Shown: positions 13,208 through 22,268 of the stretch, in pieces
How the letters are laid out: each line of letters begins with the position of its first letter
How positions within the stretch are numbered: position 1 is the stretch's first letter
Sequence record: MK327934.1
DNA: 64,000 nt
Reading direction: 5' to 3' (one strand)
Source of the DNA: Escherichia phage vB_EcoM_G2469
Notes under the pieces: generated by a model
What the model was told of the DNA's origin: nothing
Database searches by the model: none
What the model saw: only the letters and a program-made list of their open reading frames with translations
Translations under genes and position numbers: made by a program

Positions 13208-13234
13208 GGGAGACTTCGGTCTCCCATTTTTGGT
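13208..13234 (+). terminator. rho-independent terminator after gene 23 (GGGAGAC-UUCG-GUCUCCC plus U-run)
   Basis: 7-bp stem with UUCG tetraloop followed by ATTTTTGGTTTT. Confidence 0.75.
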
Positions 13235-13235
13235 T

Positions 13236-13505
13236 TTATTTCTGTGCAATTTCGATGTAAGTTTTCAAAATATTTTGCCAATTAGGCATACCTTCTTGGA
13301 CATATGCCGGAGAACCATCTTTGTTTTTGAATGATGCAAGTTTATCAGTGGCCCAATAACCTTTAGCTCGAGCTTCAGAACCAACTTTCATCCATACTTT
13401 GTTGAAGGCATTACCATTAACTTTTGCACCATATTTTTCTACTAACTTAATTGCTTCAGCTTCCAGAACTTTTAAAGTATCTCGTAAGAAACGTGCTTTA
13501 GTCAT
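13236..13505 (-). CDS. hypothetical early protein, 89 aa, opposite strand between genes 23 and 24
   Basis: ORF with SD GAGGAG and own early-type promoter upstream; no recognisable motif. Confidence 0.55.
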   Translation of the reverse strand: MTKARFLRDTLKVLEAEAIKLVEKYGAKVNGNAFNKVWMKVGSEARAKGYWATDKLASFKNKDGSPAYVQEGMPNWQNILKTYIEIAQK

Positions 13506-13535
13506 TTTGTTTACTCCTCTGTAGTTGATAAGTCT

Positions 13536-13565
13536 ATAGTATCACATACCAAATACGTTGTAAAC
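13536..13565 (-). promoter_or_regulatory. early promoter (GTTTAC-N18-TACTAT) for the 89-aa ORF
   Basis: - strand GTTTACAACGTATTTGGTATGTGATACTATAG followed by SD GAGGAG and ATG. Confidence 0.55.
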
Positions 13566-13571
13566 AATCTT

Positions 13572-13579
13572 TATAAATA
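13572..13579 (+). promoter_or_regulatory. late promoter (TATAAATA) for gene 24
   Basis: Exact TATAAATA 28 nt upstream of gene 24 ATG. Confidence 0.7.
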
Positions 13580-13606
13580 ATCTATATCACATAAGGAAAA
13601 AATGCA

Positions 13607-14890
13607 ATGAGTAAAATCCAAAAATTATTGCGTGAATCTACAACGTCTACTAGCAACTCAATTGGTCGCCCAAATCTCGTTGCTTTGACTCGCGCTACGA
13701 CTAAATTAATATATTCTGACATTGTAGCAACACAAAGAACTAATCAACCTGTTGCTGCTTTTTATGGTATCAAATATCTTAACCCGGATAACGAATTCAC
13801 ATTTAAAACTGGTGCTACTTATGCTGGCGAAGTTGGATATGTAGACCGAGAAAAAATTACTGAACTCACAGAAGAATCAAAAGTCACACTAAATAAAGGT
13901 GATTTTTTCAAATATAATAATATCGTCTATAAAGTGTTAGAAGATACACCATTTGCAGATATTCAAGAAAGTGATCTAGAATTAGCTCTTCAGATTGCAG
14001 TCGTTCATTTAAAGGTACGGTTATTTTCAGATGCAGCGGTAACAAGCAAATTTGAAAGCTCTGATAGCGAAATTTCTGATGCAAGATTCCAGATTAATAA
14101 ATGGCAAACTTCAGTCAAATCTCGCAAACTTAAAACTGGTCTCACGGTTGAATTAGCGCAAGATTTGGAAGCGAATGGATTTGATGCCCCTAACTTCTTA
14201 GAGGATTTGCTTGCTACTGAAATGGCTGATGAAATTAATAAAGATATTCTTCAGTCTTTAATTACTGTATCGAAACGTTATAAAGTTACTGGAATTACTG
14301 ACACCGGATTTATTGACTTGAGCTATGCATCCGCTCCAGAAGCAGGTCGTTCATTATATCGAATGGTGTGTGAAATGGTATCACACATTCAAAAAGAGAC
14401 AACTTATACTGCAACGTTTTGTGTAGCCTCAGCTCGTGCAGCTGCTATTCTTGCTGCTTCCGGTTGGTTAAAACATAAGCCAGAAGATGACAAGTATCTT
14501 TCACAAAATGCTTATGGATTCTTGGCAAATGGATTACCTCTTTACTGCGATACCAACAGTCCGTTAGATTATGTTATTGTTGGTGTTGTAGAAAATATCG
14601 GCGAAAAAGAAATTGTAGGGTCCATCTTTTATGCTCCATACACTGAAGGAGTAGATTTAGATGACCCGGAACATGTTGGTGCATTTAAAGTTGTAGTTGA
14701 TCCAGAAAGCTTGCAACCGTCTATCGGATTATTGGTTAGATATGCTTTATCAGCAAATCCTTACACAGTAGCAAAAGACGAAAAAGAAGCGAGAATAATT
14801 GATGGTGGGGACATGGATAAAATGGCAGGACGTTCAGACTTGTCTGTTTTACTCGGTGTTAAATTGCCTAAAATTATTATAGATGAATAA
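13607..14890 (+). CDS. 24: capsid vertex protein gp24
   Basis: 427 aa, same length as T4 gp24; gp23-like fold segments; late promoter upstream. Confidence 0.93.
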   Translation: MSKIQKLLRESTTSTSNSIGRPNLVALTRATTKLIYSDIVATQRTNQPVAAFYGIKYLNPDNEFTFKTGATYAGEVGYVDREKITELTEESKVTLNKGDFFKYNNIVYKVLEDTPFADIQESDLELALQIAVVHLKVRLFSDAAVTSKFESSDSEISDARFQINKWQTSVKSRKLKTGLTVELAQDLEANGFDAPNFLEDLLATEMADEINKDILQSLITVSKRYKVTGITDTGFIDLSYASAPEAGRSLYRMVCEMVSHIQKETTYTATFCVASARAAAILAASGWLKHKPEDDKYLSQNAYGFLANGLPLYCDTNSPLDYVIVGVVENIGEKEIVGSIFYAPYTEGVDLDDPEHVGAFKVVVDPESLQPSIGLLVRYALSANPYTVAKDEKEARIIDGGDMDKMAGRSDLSVLLGVKLPKIIIDE

Positions 14891-14891
14891 A

Positions 14892-14925
14892 CAAAAAAAA
14901 AAGGGACCGTAAGGTCCCTTTTTCG
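14892..14925. terminator. bidirectional terminator between gene 24 (+) and rnlB (-)
   Basis: A10-AGGGACC-GUAA-GGUCCCU-T5: stem flanked by A-run and T-run. Confidence 0.7.
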
Positions 14926-15924
14926 TTATGATACTAATTCAATCCATGCAGGACGCAGAACATCTTGCACCATTCGGACTAATTCTTTCTTAACAAGATT
15001 CGGATTATCGGATGATGTTAATACAATACCTTCACGAGAAGTTTCTTCCAGAATATCTTGAACAGTCAATCCCATCACTTTGCCAAAATCTTTTGGCGTT
15101 ACAGACCCAATCTTAGAAATCACATTATTAACACGGTTTAATGTAACATAACAAGCTAGGACATCAAGCAAGTTTTTGTCAATTTCGGTTAATGGAACCT
15201 GAGTTTTAATAGGCTTATCAGACTTTTTCTTTTCACTGAATTTAGAGTTCTTACACTTAATAGCTACACGAGTACCGTTTGGCAGCCATTTAGGGAAACA
15301 AGGCTTCAGAACATAACCTTCTGCCGTATTATCGCCAATAACATTAGCATCAAATACACAATTATTTGCTTCTACAAGGTCTTCTGACGCAGTAGCATTA
15401 TAAGCGGCTAAAACGGAATCAAGGTCATTTGGAATCATGATAAGAGAATCAAATGTTCCACGACCAAGCATTGGTGCCATTTTAAAACCGAATTCATTAC
15501 AGAAATCTTGCATTTCGTAATCGGTCAAATACGTATTATCACCACTTTCTGTATTGATAAGGATATCGAACACATAAAAATCTTTTTCACCGTAGTCAAC
15601 ACCTTTCTGGATTCCACCACCAGCGAATTCACCAAAGACCTGATATGATACAGCTCGAGAACTACCCATTACTTCTTGAACGTTTTTAATAGCCTTATCA
15701 TACTTCTTGAGTACAATTTCATAACCATAAAAATCTTCTGCTGGAAGAATAGGGCCTGTGCGCTTGGCGCATGTGACGTTGTCACGTTCAATTATTAACG
15801 AGAAGTTAGTCCCATGGATTTTCTCACGTGCTACCCAAACACCAGTAGTCAAACCATTAGTGTAGAGTTTTTCAATAAACTTAGAGTTGTAGTGGTTTTC
15901 AAGACTGCTGTATTTCTTAAACAT
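14926..15924 (-). CDS. rnlB: RNA ligase 2
   Basis: 332 aa; nucleotidyltransferase motif KIHGTN; T4 Rnl2 position downstream of gene 24. Confidence 0.88.
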   Translation of the reverse strand: MFKKYSSLENHYNSKFIEKLYTNGLTTGVWVAREKIHGTNFSLIIERDNVTCAKRTGPILPAEDFYGYEIVLKKYDKAIKNVQEVMGSSRAVSYQVFGEFAGGGIQKGVDYGEKDFYVFDILINTESGDNTYLTDYEMQDFCNEFGFKMAPMLGRGTFDSLIMIPNDLDSVLAAYNATASEDLVEANNCVFDANVIGDNTAEGYVLKPCFPKWLPNGTRVAIKCKNSKFSEKKKSDKPIKTQVPLTEIDKNLLDVLACYVTLNRVNNVISKIGSVTPKDFGKVMGLTVQDILEETSREGIVLTSSDNPNLVKKELVRMVQDVLRPAWIELVS

Positions 15925-16043
15925 AAATCACCATTATAAATAATAATATCAAAATAATTAGCAGAGACTCTATCTCTGACCGGATGTTTAATTTGAATGG
16001 ATAGAACCTAGATTCATTATACCATCAAAAATTGTAAAGCATA

Positions 16044-16295
16044 TTAGAACTTGATTTCTATCCAATGACCATCACGCTGGTCGTGATTAATTTTGTACTG
16101 AAAGCCATTATCACGAAGCCATTGACCGACTTGTTCAGTTATAGTTAAATCGTTCTTTGACGGGTAGTACGTGAATTGTGTCTGGCCTTTATCAGCGGCT
16201 TTCTCTGCCATCACAGAGAAGTTAGTAATAAAATCACTCAACAAATTAGCTTTAGTGGCCAGTGCCCTTTCTCTTAATTCCTGTGCAAAACTCAT
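16044..16295 (-). CDS. hypothetical protein (T4 24.2/24.3-region small ORF)
   Basis: 83-aa ORF between rnlB and hoc, overlapping the next ORF by 4 nt. Confidence 0.5.
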   Translation of the reverse strand: MSFAQELRERALATKANLLSDFITNFSVMAEKAADKGQTQFTYYPSKNDLTITEQVGQWLRDNGFQYKINHDQRDGHWIEIKF

Positions 16296-16492
16296 TTCTT
16301 CACCTTTTTGTTAATCAAACGTTTACGGTATACAACTTTTTCTTTTGCTTTAAACTTTGACCGAGCTGTCTCGGCTTTAGTCCATAGTAATCCAACTTCT
16401 TTAGGTTGTAAACCAATTTTTTGAGCAATTTCTACGAATGAAAATCCCGCCTCATGTAATGTATAAACTTCAACTTCAGCTCTCATAATCAA
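16292..16492 (-). CDS. hypothetical small protein with helix-turn-helix-like segment
   Basis: 66 aa; segment SFVEIAQKIGLQPKEVGLLW resembles an HTH; basic C-terminus. Confidence 0.5.
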   Translation of the reverse strand: MIMRAEVEVYTLHEAGFSFVEIAQKIGLQPKEVGLLWTKAETARSKFKAKEKVVYRKRLINKKVKK

Positions 16493-16568
16493 TCCCGTAT
16501 TATTTGGTTTGTGCCATTATATACATCAATCTCAAGTTGTGTTTTTGTATGCTTTAAAAACGAAGAAA

Positions 16569-16582
16569 GGGGCCGAAGCCCC
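16569..16582 (-). terminator. terminator hairpin after hoc (UUCG loop on - strand)
   Basis: - strand GGGGC-UUCG-GCCCC followed by UUUCUUCGUUUUU. Confidence 0.65.
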
Positions 16583-16588
16583 TTACGA

Positions 16589-17719
16589 TTATGGATATGT
16601 ATAGATGATACCAGTTTCCAAAGCAGTTTTATGGATGATGTATCCATTACGTGATTCTTGAACATCAACTTCCGGATAGTCTTTCATCATTTTCTGAAGA
16701 GTGTAACGATGCAGGTAGTATTTACTATCTGGATCTTCAGTTTTCCAATCTTTACCTTCTTCAGTCATTTTTTGGATTTCATCCATAACCCACCAACCGC
16801 ACCAGATGTAAGCTGAAGTACGATGTGGAAGAGGATGAACATAAGGTAATTCACCTTCTGGTTCCGGAGCAACTTTATCAGTTACCTGAACTTGACCTTC
16901 TGCTGTAATAGTTTTGCTATCGTAATCAGTTGCAGTAATAGTTGCAGTAACTTCAATAGTTTGACTTCCAATAGACGAGGTATCAACGGTATATACATTA
17001 GTTGACCCTTCTACAGGAGAAGAATCTTTCTTCCATGAATACGCAATTTGCGCTTCTTCTGGAGCATCCGTAACATTAGCCGTAAATGTAGCCGAAGCAT
17101 CTTGTTGAACATTAATAGAAGGAGGAGTCAATGTAACCTGTGGATTCATTGTCTTCTTATTAACCGTTAATGATACTTCATTCGAAGTAACTTCCTTTGC
17201 ATCATAATCTGTCGCAGTTACTTGGGCTACACATTTAATTCTTTTTACTCCACTTGTAGTTGGAGTATAGCTAAATGTAGAGTTAGTTTCTCCACCAACC
17301 TGTGAATCATCTACATACCACTGATACGTAGCAGACGCTCCAGCTGGTTGAGAAGCTAAGGCAGCAGTAAATTGAACTGGGGTTCCAATTACTCCAGCTG
17401 AAGGACTATTGGGAGTTACAGCTAAGGTAGTCGTTTGTGTCTTGTTTTGAACTGTGATGGTTGTAGAAGCTTCTGCTGTTTCAGCTTCAGCTTCTGGAAC
17501 TGTATTTGTTGCAACTACTTTAATAGTCTTTTGACCGGCAGGTCCTTTTAGTACATAACTAAAAGTTGCTTCAGCTCCATCTTGCGGAACATCATCTACA
17601 GTCCAAGCATATGTAATAGTTCCGCCTCCAGTTTCACCACTGGGTGTAGCAGTAAACTGCTGAGTCTGATCTATAACTCCAGTAGGTGTTTTAGGAGTTA
17701 TATCAACTGTAAAAGCCAT
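16589..17719 (-). CDS. hoc: highly immunogenic outer capsid protein Hoc (Ig-like domains)
   Basis: 376 aa as in T4 Hoc; T/S-rich repeated beta-rich segments; position rnlB-hoc-inh. Confidence 0.85.
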   Translation of the reverse strand: MAFTVDITPKTPTGVIDQTQQFTATPSGETGGGTITYAWTVDDVPQDGAEATFSYVLKGPAGQKTIKVVATNTVPEAEAETAEASTTITVQNKTQTTTLAVTPNSPSAGVIGTPVQFTAALASQPAGASATYQWYVDDSQVGGETNSTFSYTPTTSGVKRIKCVAQVTATDYDAKEVTSNEVSLTVNKKTMNPQVTLTPPSINVQQDASATFTANVTDAPEEAQIAYSWKKDSSPVEGSTNVYTVDTSSIGSQTIEVTATITATDYDSKTITAEGQVQVTDKVAPEPEGELPYVHPLPHRTSAYIWCGWWVMDEIQKMTEEGKDWKTEDPDSKYYLHRYTLQKMMKDYPEVDVQESRNGYIIHKTALETGIIYTYP

Positions 17720-17728
17720 AAGTTATCC

Positions 17729-18397
17729 TTATTTTAATGTTACGAAAGAAGAATTACGAGTTTCACGAATTAGAACTGATCCATCGCGGTTAATATAATA
17801 AATTAAGCTAAATAATGTTTGGTGAGCAGAAGCATGCACAAAACTAGTTGGGCGAGATTTCCAATCTGGGGTTTCGGCTATCCATTGATAAATCCACCAA
17901 GGAACAGTAACATATCCTGGACCTTTGCCTAATTTAATGAGTGTAGGACTAAAATTTTCAGGCAGAACAAATTTTACTTCTTTATTTACCTCTGCCTCAG
18001 GCTCTTTTTCAGATTCAACAACCTGAGTAATTGCTTCTTCGAATTTATCATGGTCGAATTCTTTTTCTTGTTCGACAACTTCTAATACTTCAACTTGTTC
18101 TGTTGGAGAATCAAACAACAGAATAGCTTCTTCTTTAACTTCTTCGTTGGTGAAATTAACACCGTCCACATCATCTGCGGCAGTAATTAAATCGGTGATA
18201 GATAATCCATCAGTTTCAGGTAATGGTTCATCAGCCAGTGCGTTAAGAGCTTCTTCGATATCAATAACAATATTATCGAATGATTTTGTTTTCTTAACAC
18301 TAATGCCAAATTGTTCTGCATATTCAAACAGTTTAGCTTTGGCTTCCTTTTTATCAGAAAGAGCACGTAACTCTTCAATATAGTCTTTATCGATCAT
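17729..18397 (-). CDS. inh: inhibitor of prohead protease gp21 (Inh)
   Basis: 222 aa; position between hoc and uvsW as in T4. Confidence 0.7.
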   Translation of the reverse strand: MIDKDYIEELRALSDKKEAKAKLFEYAEQFGISVKKTKSFDNIVIDIEEALNALADEPLPETDGLSITDLITAADDVDGVNFTNEEVKEEAILLFDSPTEQVEVLEVVEQEKEFDHDKFEEAITQVVESEKEPEAEVNKEVKFVLPENFSPTLIKLGKGPGYVTVPWWIYQWIAETPDWKSRPTSFVHASAHQTLFSLIYYINRDGSVLIRETRNSSFVTLK

Positions 18398-18410
18398 GAT
18401 ATTTCCTCAT

Positions 18411-18418
18411 TATAAATA
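18411..18418 (+). promoter_or_regulatory. late promoter (TATAAATA) for uvsW
   Basis: Exact TATAAATA 30 nt upstream of uvsW ATG. Confidence 0.65.
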
Positions 18419-18447
18419 TAACTATATTTATTACATGGTAATTTGAC

Positions 18448-19962
18448 ATGACTGACATTAAAGTACATTTTTATGATTTTAGTCACGTGCGCATTGAATG
18501 CGACGAAAGTACGTTTTACGAACTTCGTGACTTTTTTAGCTTTGAAGCTGACGGGTATAAATTTAACCCAAAATATCGCTATGGGAACTGGGATGGTAGA
18601 ATTCGACTTTTAGATTACAATCGTTTGTTACCATATGGACTTGTAGGACAAATAAAAAAGTTCTGTAACAATATGAGTTATTCTGTATGGATTGACCCTA
18701 AAATCTTTGAGACCGAAGACCTTACCAGGGAAGATTTTGACGCGTGGCTTTCTAAACAAGAAATTTATTCAGGCAACGCCAAAATCGAACCACATTGGTA
18801 TCAAAAAGATGCAGTATATGAAGGTCTGGTTAATCGTCGTCGAATTTTAAACCTTCCGACATCAGCAGGTAAATCACTAATCCAAGCACTTTTAGCTCGA
18901 TATTATCTAGAGAACTATGAAGGTAAAATTCTCATTATCGTCCCTACAACAGCATTGACAACCCAAATGGCTAATGATTTTGTTGATTATCGCTTGTTTA
19001 GTCATTCGATGATTAAGAAAATTGGCGGTGGTGCTGATAAAGCGGACAAATCTAAAAACGACGCTCCAATTATTGTTGGCACATGGCAAACGGTAGTTAA
19101 GCAGCCTAAAGAATGGTTCTCTCAGTTCGGTATGATGATGAACGATGAATGCCACTTAGCAACAGGCAAAAGTATTTCTTCAATCATCTCAGGATTAAAT
19201 AATTGCATGTTTAAATTCGGTTTATCTGGCTCATTAAGAGACGGAAAAGCCAATGTAATGCAGTACGTAGGTATGTTCGGCGAAATCTTCCGTCCTGTTA
19301 GCACGTCTAAATTAATGGAAGACGGACAGGTAACTGAGCTTAAGATTAATAGTATTTTCCTTCGTTATCCGGACGAATTCGCCATTAAATTAAAAGGTAA
19401 AACATACCAAGAAGAAGTTAAAATTATTACCGGACTAAAACGACGTACAAAGTGGATTGCTCAACTTTCGGTCAAATTGGCTAAGAAAGACGAGAACGCC
19501 TTTGTAATGTTTAAACACGTTACACACGGTAAAGAAATATTTGAAGCTATTAAAGAGCTTGGATACGAAAAAGTTTATTACGTATCAGGTGAAGTTGATA
19601 CTGAAACACGTAACGCGCTTAAAGTCATGGCAGAAAATGGTAAAGGCATTATTATTGTTGCATCATATGGAGTATTCTCTACTGGTATTTCAGTCAAGAA
19701 TCTTCATCATGTTATTTTTGCCCATGGTGTTAAATCAAAAATTATCGTACTTCAAACCGTAGGTCGCGTGCTTCGTAAGCATGGTTCTAAAGCTGTTGCT
19801 ACAGTTTGGGATCTCATCGATGACGCAGGTGTAAAACCTAAATCATTAAATACTAAAAAGAAGTATACTCATCTTAATTACTTGTTAAAACACGGTATTG
19901 ATCGTATCCAACGTTACGCTGATGAGAAATTTAACTATGTAATGAAAACAATTAATTTATAA
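18448..19962 (+). CDS. uvsW: UvsW SF2 DNA/RNA helicase
   Basis: 504 aa; helicase motifs PTSAGKS (motif I) and DECH (motif II); T4 UvsW length about 502 aa. Confidence 0.92.
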   Translation: MTDIKVHFYDFSHVRIECDESTFYELRDFFSFEADGYKFNPKYRYGNWDGRIRLLDYNRLLPYGLVGQIKKFCNNMSYSVWIDPKIFETEDLTREDFDAWLSKQEIYSGNAKIEPHWYQKDAVYEGLVNRRRILNLPTSAGKSLIQALLARYYLENYEGKILIIVPTTALTTQMANDFVDYRLFSHSMIKKIGGGADKADKSKNDAPIIVGTWQTVVKQPKEWFSQFGMMMNDECHLATGKSISSIISGLNNCMFKFGLSGSLRDGKANVMQYVGMFGEIFRPVSTSKLMEDGQVTELKINSIFLRYPDEFAIKLKGKTYQEEVKIITGLKRRTKWIAQLSVKLAKKDENAFVMFKHVTHGKEIFEAIKELGYEKVYYVSGEVDTETRNALKVMAENGKGIIIVASYGVFSTGISVKNLHHVIFAHGVKSKIIVLQTVGRVLRKHGSKAVATVWDLIDDAGVKPKSLNTKKKYTHLNYLLKHGIDRIQRYADEKFNYVMKTINL

Positions 19963-19987
19963 GGGCTGAAGCCCTTAGGAGATAAAA

Positions 19988-20221
19988 ATGGTACTTGAAT
20001 TTAAACAATTTTTATACGAAGCATCTATTGACGAATTCATGGGTAAAATTGCTAGTTGTCATACCTTAGAAGGGCTTGAAGAATTGGAAGCTTATTATAA
20101 GAAACGTATAAAAGAAACGGAATTAAAAGATACAGATGATATTTCTGTCAGGGATGCCTTAGCAGGTAAGCGTGCCGAACTTGAAGGCGACGATGATGAG
20201 GATGTGGAAGAAGACTTCTAA
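19988..20221 (+). CDS. uvsW.1: UvsW.1 small acidic protein
   Basis: 77 aa immediately downstream of uvsW with SD AGGAGA. Confidence 0.7.
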   Translation: MVLEFKQFLYEASIDEFMGKIASCHTLEGLEELEAYYKKRIKETELKDTDDISVRDALAGKRAELEGDDDEDVEEDF

Positions 20222-20229
20222 TTAAAAAA

Positions 20230-20252
20230 GGCCCGACCTTTTTGGAAGGGCC
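20230..20252. terminator. hairpin between uvsW.1 (+) and the small Cys-rich ORF (-)
   Basis: GGCCC...GGGCC stem with A-runs on both sides. Confidence 0.5.
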
Positions 20253-20278
20253 AAAAACCATAGGCAAAAAAGGTAACA

Positions 20279-20446
20279 CTATAGTAAAAGTTGGGTTTCG
20301 TTCAATTGCTCTTCTGAACTTTCTGAAACCGGCAATTGTTGGACATAATTATAACAAGGACCAGGATGTGCTGGACCTTTGTCTGTTTCAACAACCAATG
20401 CAGAATCGATTGGAGTTTTACAGACAACACAAATCTTATCTGACAT
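20279..20446 (-). CDS. small Cys-rich protein (CxxC...C), uvsY.-1-position
   Basis: Hand-translated 55-aa ORF MSDKICVVCKTPIDS...PGPCYNY... with SD AGGAGG; below the 60-aa cutoff of the ORF track. Confidence 0.55.
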   Translation of the reverse strand: MSDKICVVCKTPIDSALVVETDKGPAHPGPCYNYVQQLPVSESSEEQLNETQLLL

Positions 20447-20478
20447 GATTGCCTCCTAAGTTGAAATTACATATCTAT

Positions 20479-20703
20479 TTATACAACTCTCATATGCATA
20501 TCAATGCCCATATCTTTAGAATAAAAATATTCATCAAGATATCCGGCAAATTTTCCTTTAATATAAAGGACATCTTCACCACACGGGTGGTCTGCCAGGA
20601 TACGAATATCCTGACGACGTAGACGATACTTTTCCATTAAGAATTTAATTTCAGTTTCAAATTCTTCATCATTATTAAAGGCATCTTCAATTGAATAACG
20701 CAT
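20479..20703 (-). CDS. hypothetical protein (uvsY.-2 position)
   Basis: 74-aa ORF directly downstream of uvsY with overlapping stop/start. Confidence 0.55.
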   Translation of the reverse strand: MRYSIEDAFNNDEEFETEIKFLMEKYRLRRQDIRILADHPCGEDVLYIKGKFAGYLDEYFYSKDMGIDMHMRVV

Positions 20704-21116
20704 TATTGCCCCGCTTCAAATTCTCGCATATCCTGGATATGTTTAAGTGCAAAACTACGAGACTTAACTGCGTCAAGTGCACCACTACAGAACTCAAGTA
20801 AAATTCCCCAGTATTGTAAAGTAGTCTCTATTTTAAGCACATCTTTATCTGCAGCCAAGACAGTTTTCATTTCAGATTTCTCATATCGGTCCATACTGAA
20901 TTCATCACCGTCACCTCGTCCCGAGTAGTAGTCTAATCTTGCTTTTAGAGCAGTTTTCTTCTTAGTCTCTATACGCAACATTTCTTTACGAATAAATGAG
21001 TGCTTACGTAGCCATTTGCTGTATAACTTAACATTATTCGCCGTCTCATATTGCAACTTTGTCATATCAATAGCTAAGTCTGCGTCTAACTCTTCCTGTA
21101 AATCTTCCAGCTTCAT
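20703..21116 (-). CDS. uvsY: recombination mediator UvsY
   Basis: 137 aa from internal Met (MKLEDLQEELDADL...); matches T4 UvsY almost residue-for-residue as recalled. Confidence 0.93.
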   Translation of the reverse strand: MKLEDLQEELDADLAIDMTKLQYETANNVKLYSKWLRKHSFIRKEMLRIETKKKTALKARLDYYSGRGDGDEFSMDRYEKSEMKTVLAADKDVLKIETTLQYWGILLEFCSGALDAVKSRSFALKHIQDMREFEAGQ

Positions 21117-21171
21117 AATGTTCTCTCTTTTAACTAATAATCTCCCGGCTGTATCGGAAGGACCTAAAACC

Positions 21172-21198
21172 ATTATACATATGTTGCCTTGAAGCATT
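21172..21198 (-). promoter_or_regulatory. MotA-dependent middle promoter for uvsY
   Basis: On - strand AATGCTTCA (MotA-box-like TGCTT) 12 nt upstream of TATAAT; overlaps gene 25 stop. Confidence 0.55.
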
Positions 21199-21595
21199 AC
21201 ACTCTATTGCTTGACGCTAACTGAAGTTTAATTTGTTCAATATCGTCAGGGTTGTCTATGACCGAAAATCTAATCTCTACTATAACCGTATAGTCGTCAT
21301 ATACTGGCGTTACACTTACAGAAAGTTTGTCGATGCGTGGCTCATAGTTACGAACAGCTGCCTGGATATTACGCTCAATCGTATCGGCTGTAAGTGGTGT
21401 CATGTTCTCGAAAAGTTCATCAACCAAATCGCATCCAAATTCAGGGTCGAAGGGGCGCGAGCCTTTTCTAGTTGTCACTATGCCAAGAAGACTATTTTTA
21501 ATAGAACGAAGTCCTACAGAACGAGCAACGTCCTTGTTCCAATCCATACGCATTTCTGGGTCGATATCTGAATAAAGTTTATTGATATTAGACAT
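21197..21595 (-). CDS. 25: baseplate wedge protein gp25
   Basis: 132 aa; MSNINKLYSDIDPEMRMDWNKDV...SRPFDPEFGCDL... matches T4 gp25. Confidence 0.93.
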   Translation of the reverse strand: MSNINKLYSDIDPEMRMDWNKDVARSVGLRSIKNSLLGIVTTRKGSRPFDPEFGCDLVDELFENMTPLTADTIERNIQAAVRNYEPRIDKLSVSVTPVYDDYTVIVEIRFSVIDNPDDIEQIKLQLASSNRV

Positions 21596-22221
21596 TATAG
21601 TAACTCAAAGAATTCTTTGAGGCCTCGTATTGTGTGAACGTGTGACGCCCCACATTTGGGACATTTAATAGGGGTTGCCAGATAAATTGATGGCGACACC
21701 AAAAGATTTTTAATATTGATTATGTCATCTTCTGTTATAAGGCCATAAAGGTCGTTTATTTCTGCTTCAGTTAAATCTTCAACAGGGATGGACTCTCCAT
21801 TGACAAAAACAGCCTCAATACATGAAGCAATCATTAATGCGATATTTTTATCATCAAATAATTTAGGTTGACGGAACTTAATTTTAATACCACTAAACGA
21901 ATACCAGGGATCGGCCTGTTCATCTAATTGAGTGTGCAATAAATTCATATAGACTTGAAATGAATGCCCACAGGAACAATTCCAGGTGTGTTCTTGATTC
22001 ACTTCACCTAATGAATGTGCCCAAAGATTTACCAACAATAACTCGGCTTCTTGTTTAGTCAAGTTTTTAGCATTAGAGCAATTAGTGATAATATTGTTCA
22101 CTGCGGATTCAATAGTACCGGTAGCCCGCGCACCTATGAGTCCTAAATATTCTTTTAAAGTAAAGGCTCTACAATTCACTTCTTTATCGCCTAAACGTAC
22201 TGTAAACGTATATTTGTACAT
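21595..22221 (-). CDS. 26: baseplate hub protein gp26
   Basis: 208 aa as T4 gp26; divergent late promoter shared with gene 51. Confidence 0.85.
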   Translation of the reverse strand: MYKYTFTVRLGDKEVNCRAFTLKEYLGLIGARATGTIESAVNNIITNCSNAKNLTKQEAELLLVNLWAHSLGEVNQEHTWNCSCGHSFQVYMNLLHTQLDEQADPWYSFSGIKIKFRQPKLFDDKNIALMIASCIEAVFVNGESIPVEDLTEAEINDLYGLITEDDIINIKNLLVSPSIYLATPIKCPKCGASHVHTIRGLKEFFELL

Positions 22222-22239
22222 GTTAACTCCTTTATTGTG

Positions 22240-22247
22240 TATTTATA
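22240..22247 (-). promoter_or_regulatory. late promoter (TATAAATA on - strand) for gene 26
   Basis: Reverse complement of TATTTATA; overlaps the gene 51 promoter by 4 bp. Confidence 0.65.
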
Positions 22248-22251
22248 AATA
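22244..22251 (+). promoter_or_regulatory. late promoter (TATAAATA) for gene 51
   Basis: Part of palindromic TATTTATAAATA between divergent genes 26 and 51. Confidence 0.7.
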
Positions 22252-22268
22252 ATAGAAAAGGAGTAATT

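Noticed and set aside
12779-13249. 156-aa - strand ORF
   Set aside because: Antisense to the 3' end of major capsid gene 23 and runs through the gene 23 terminator; spurious
15935-15942. TATAAATA motif next to the rnlB start
   Set aside because: It is on the + strand pointing away from any + strand gene; the - strand equivalent is imperfect (TATTTATAAT), so not called a late promoter
20242-20448. 68-aa + strand ORF in the uvsW.1/uvsY intergenic region
   Set aside because: No SD; it is antisense to a better-supported - strand ORF (20279..20446) that has an AGGAGG SD and a Cys-rich zinc-ribbon-like sequence and fits the early-strand gene chain
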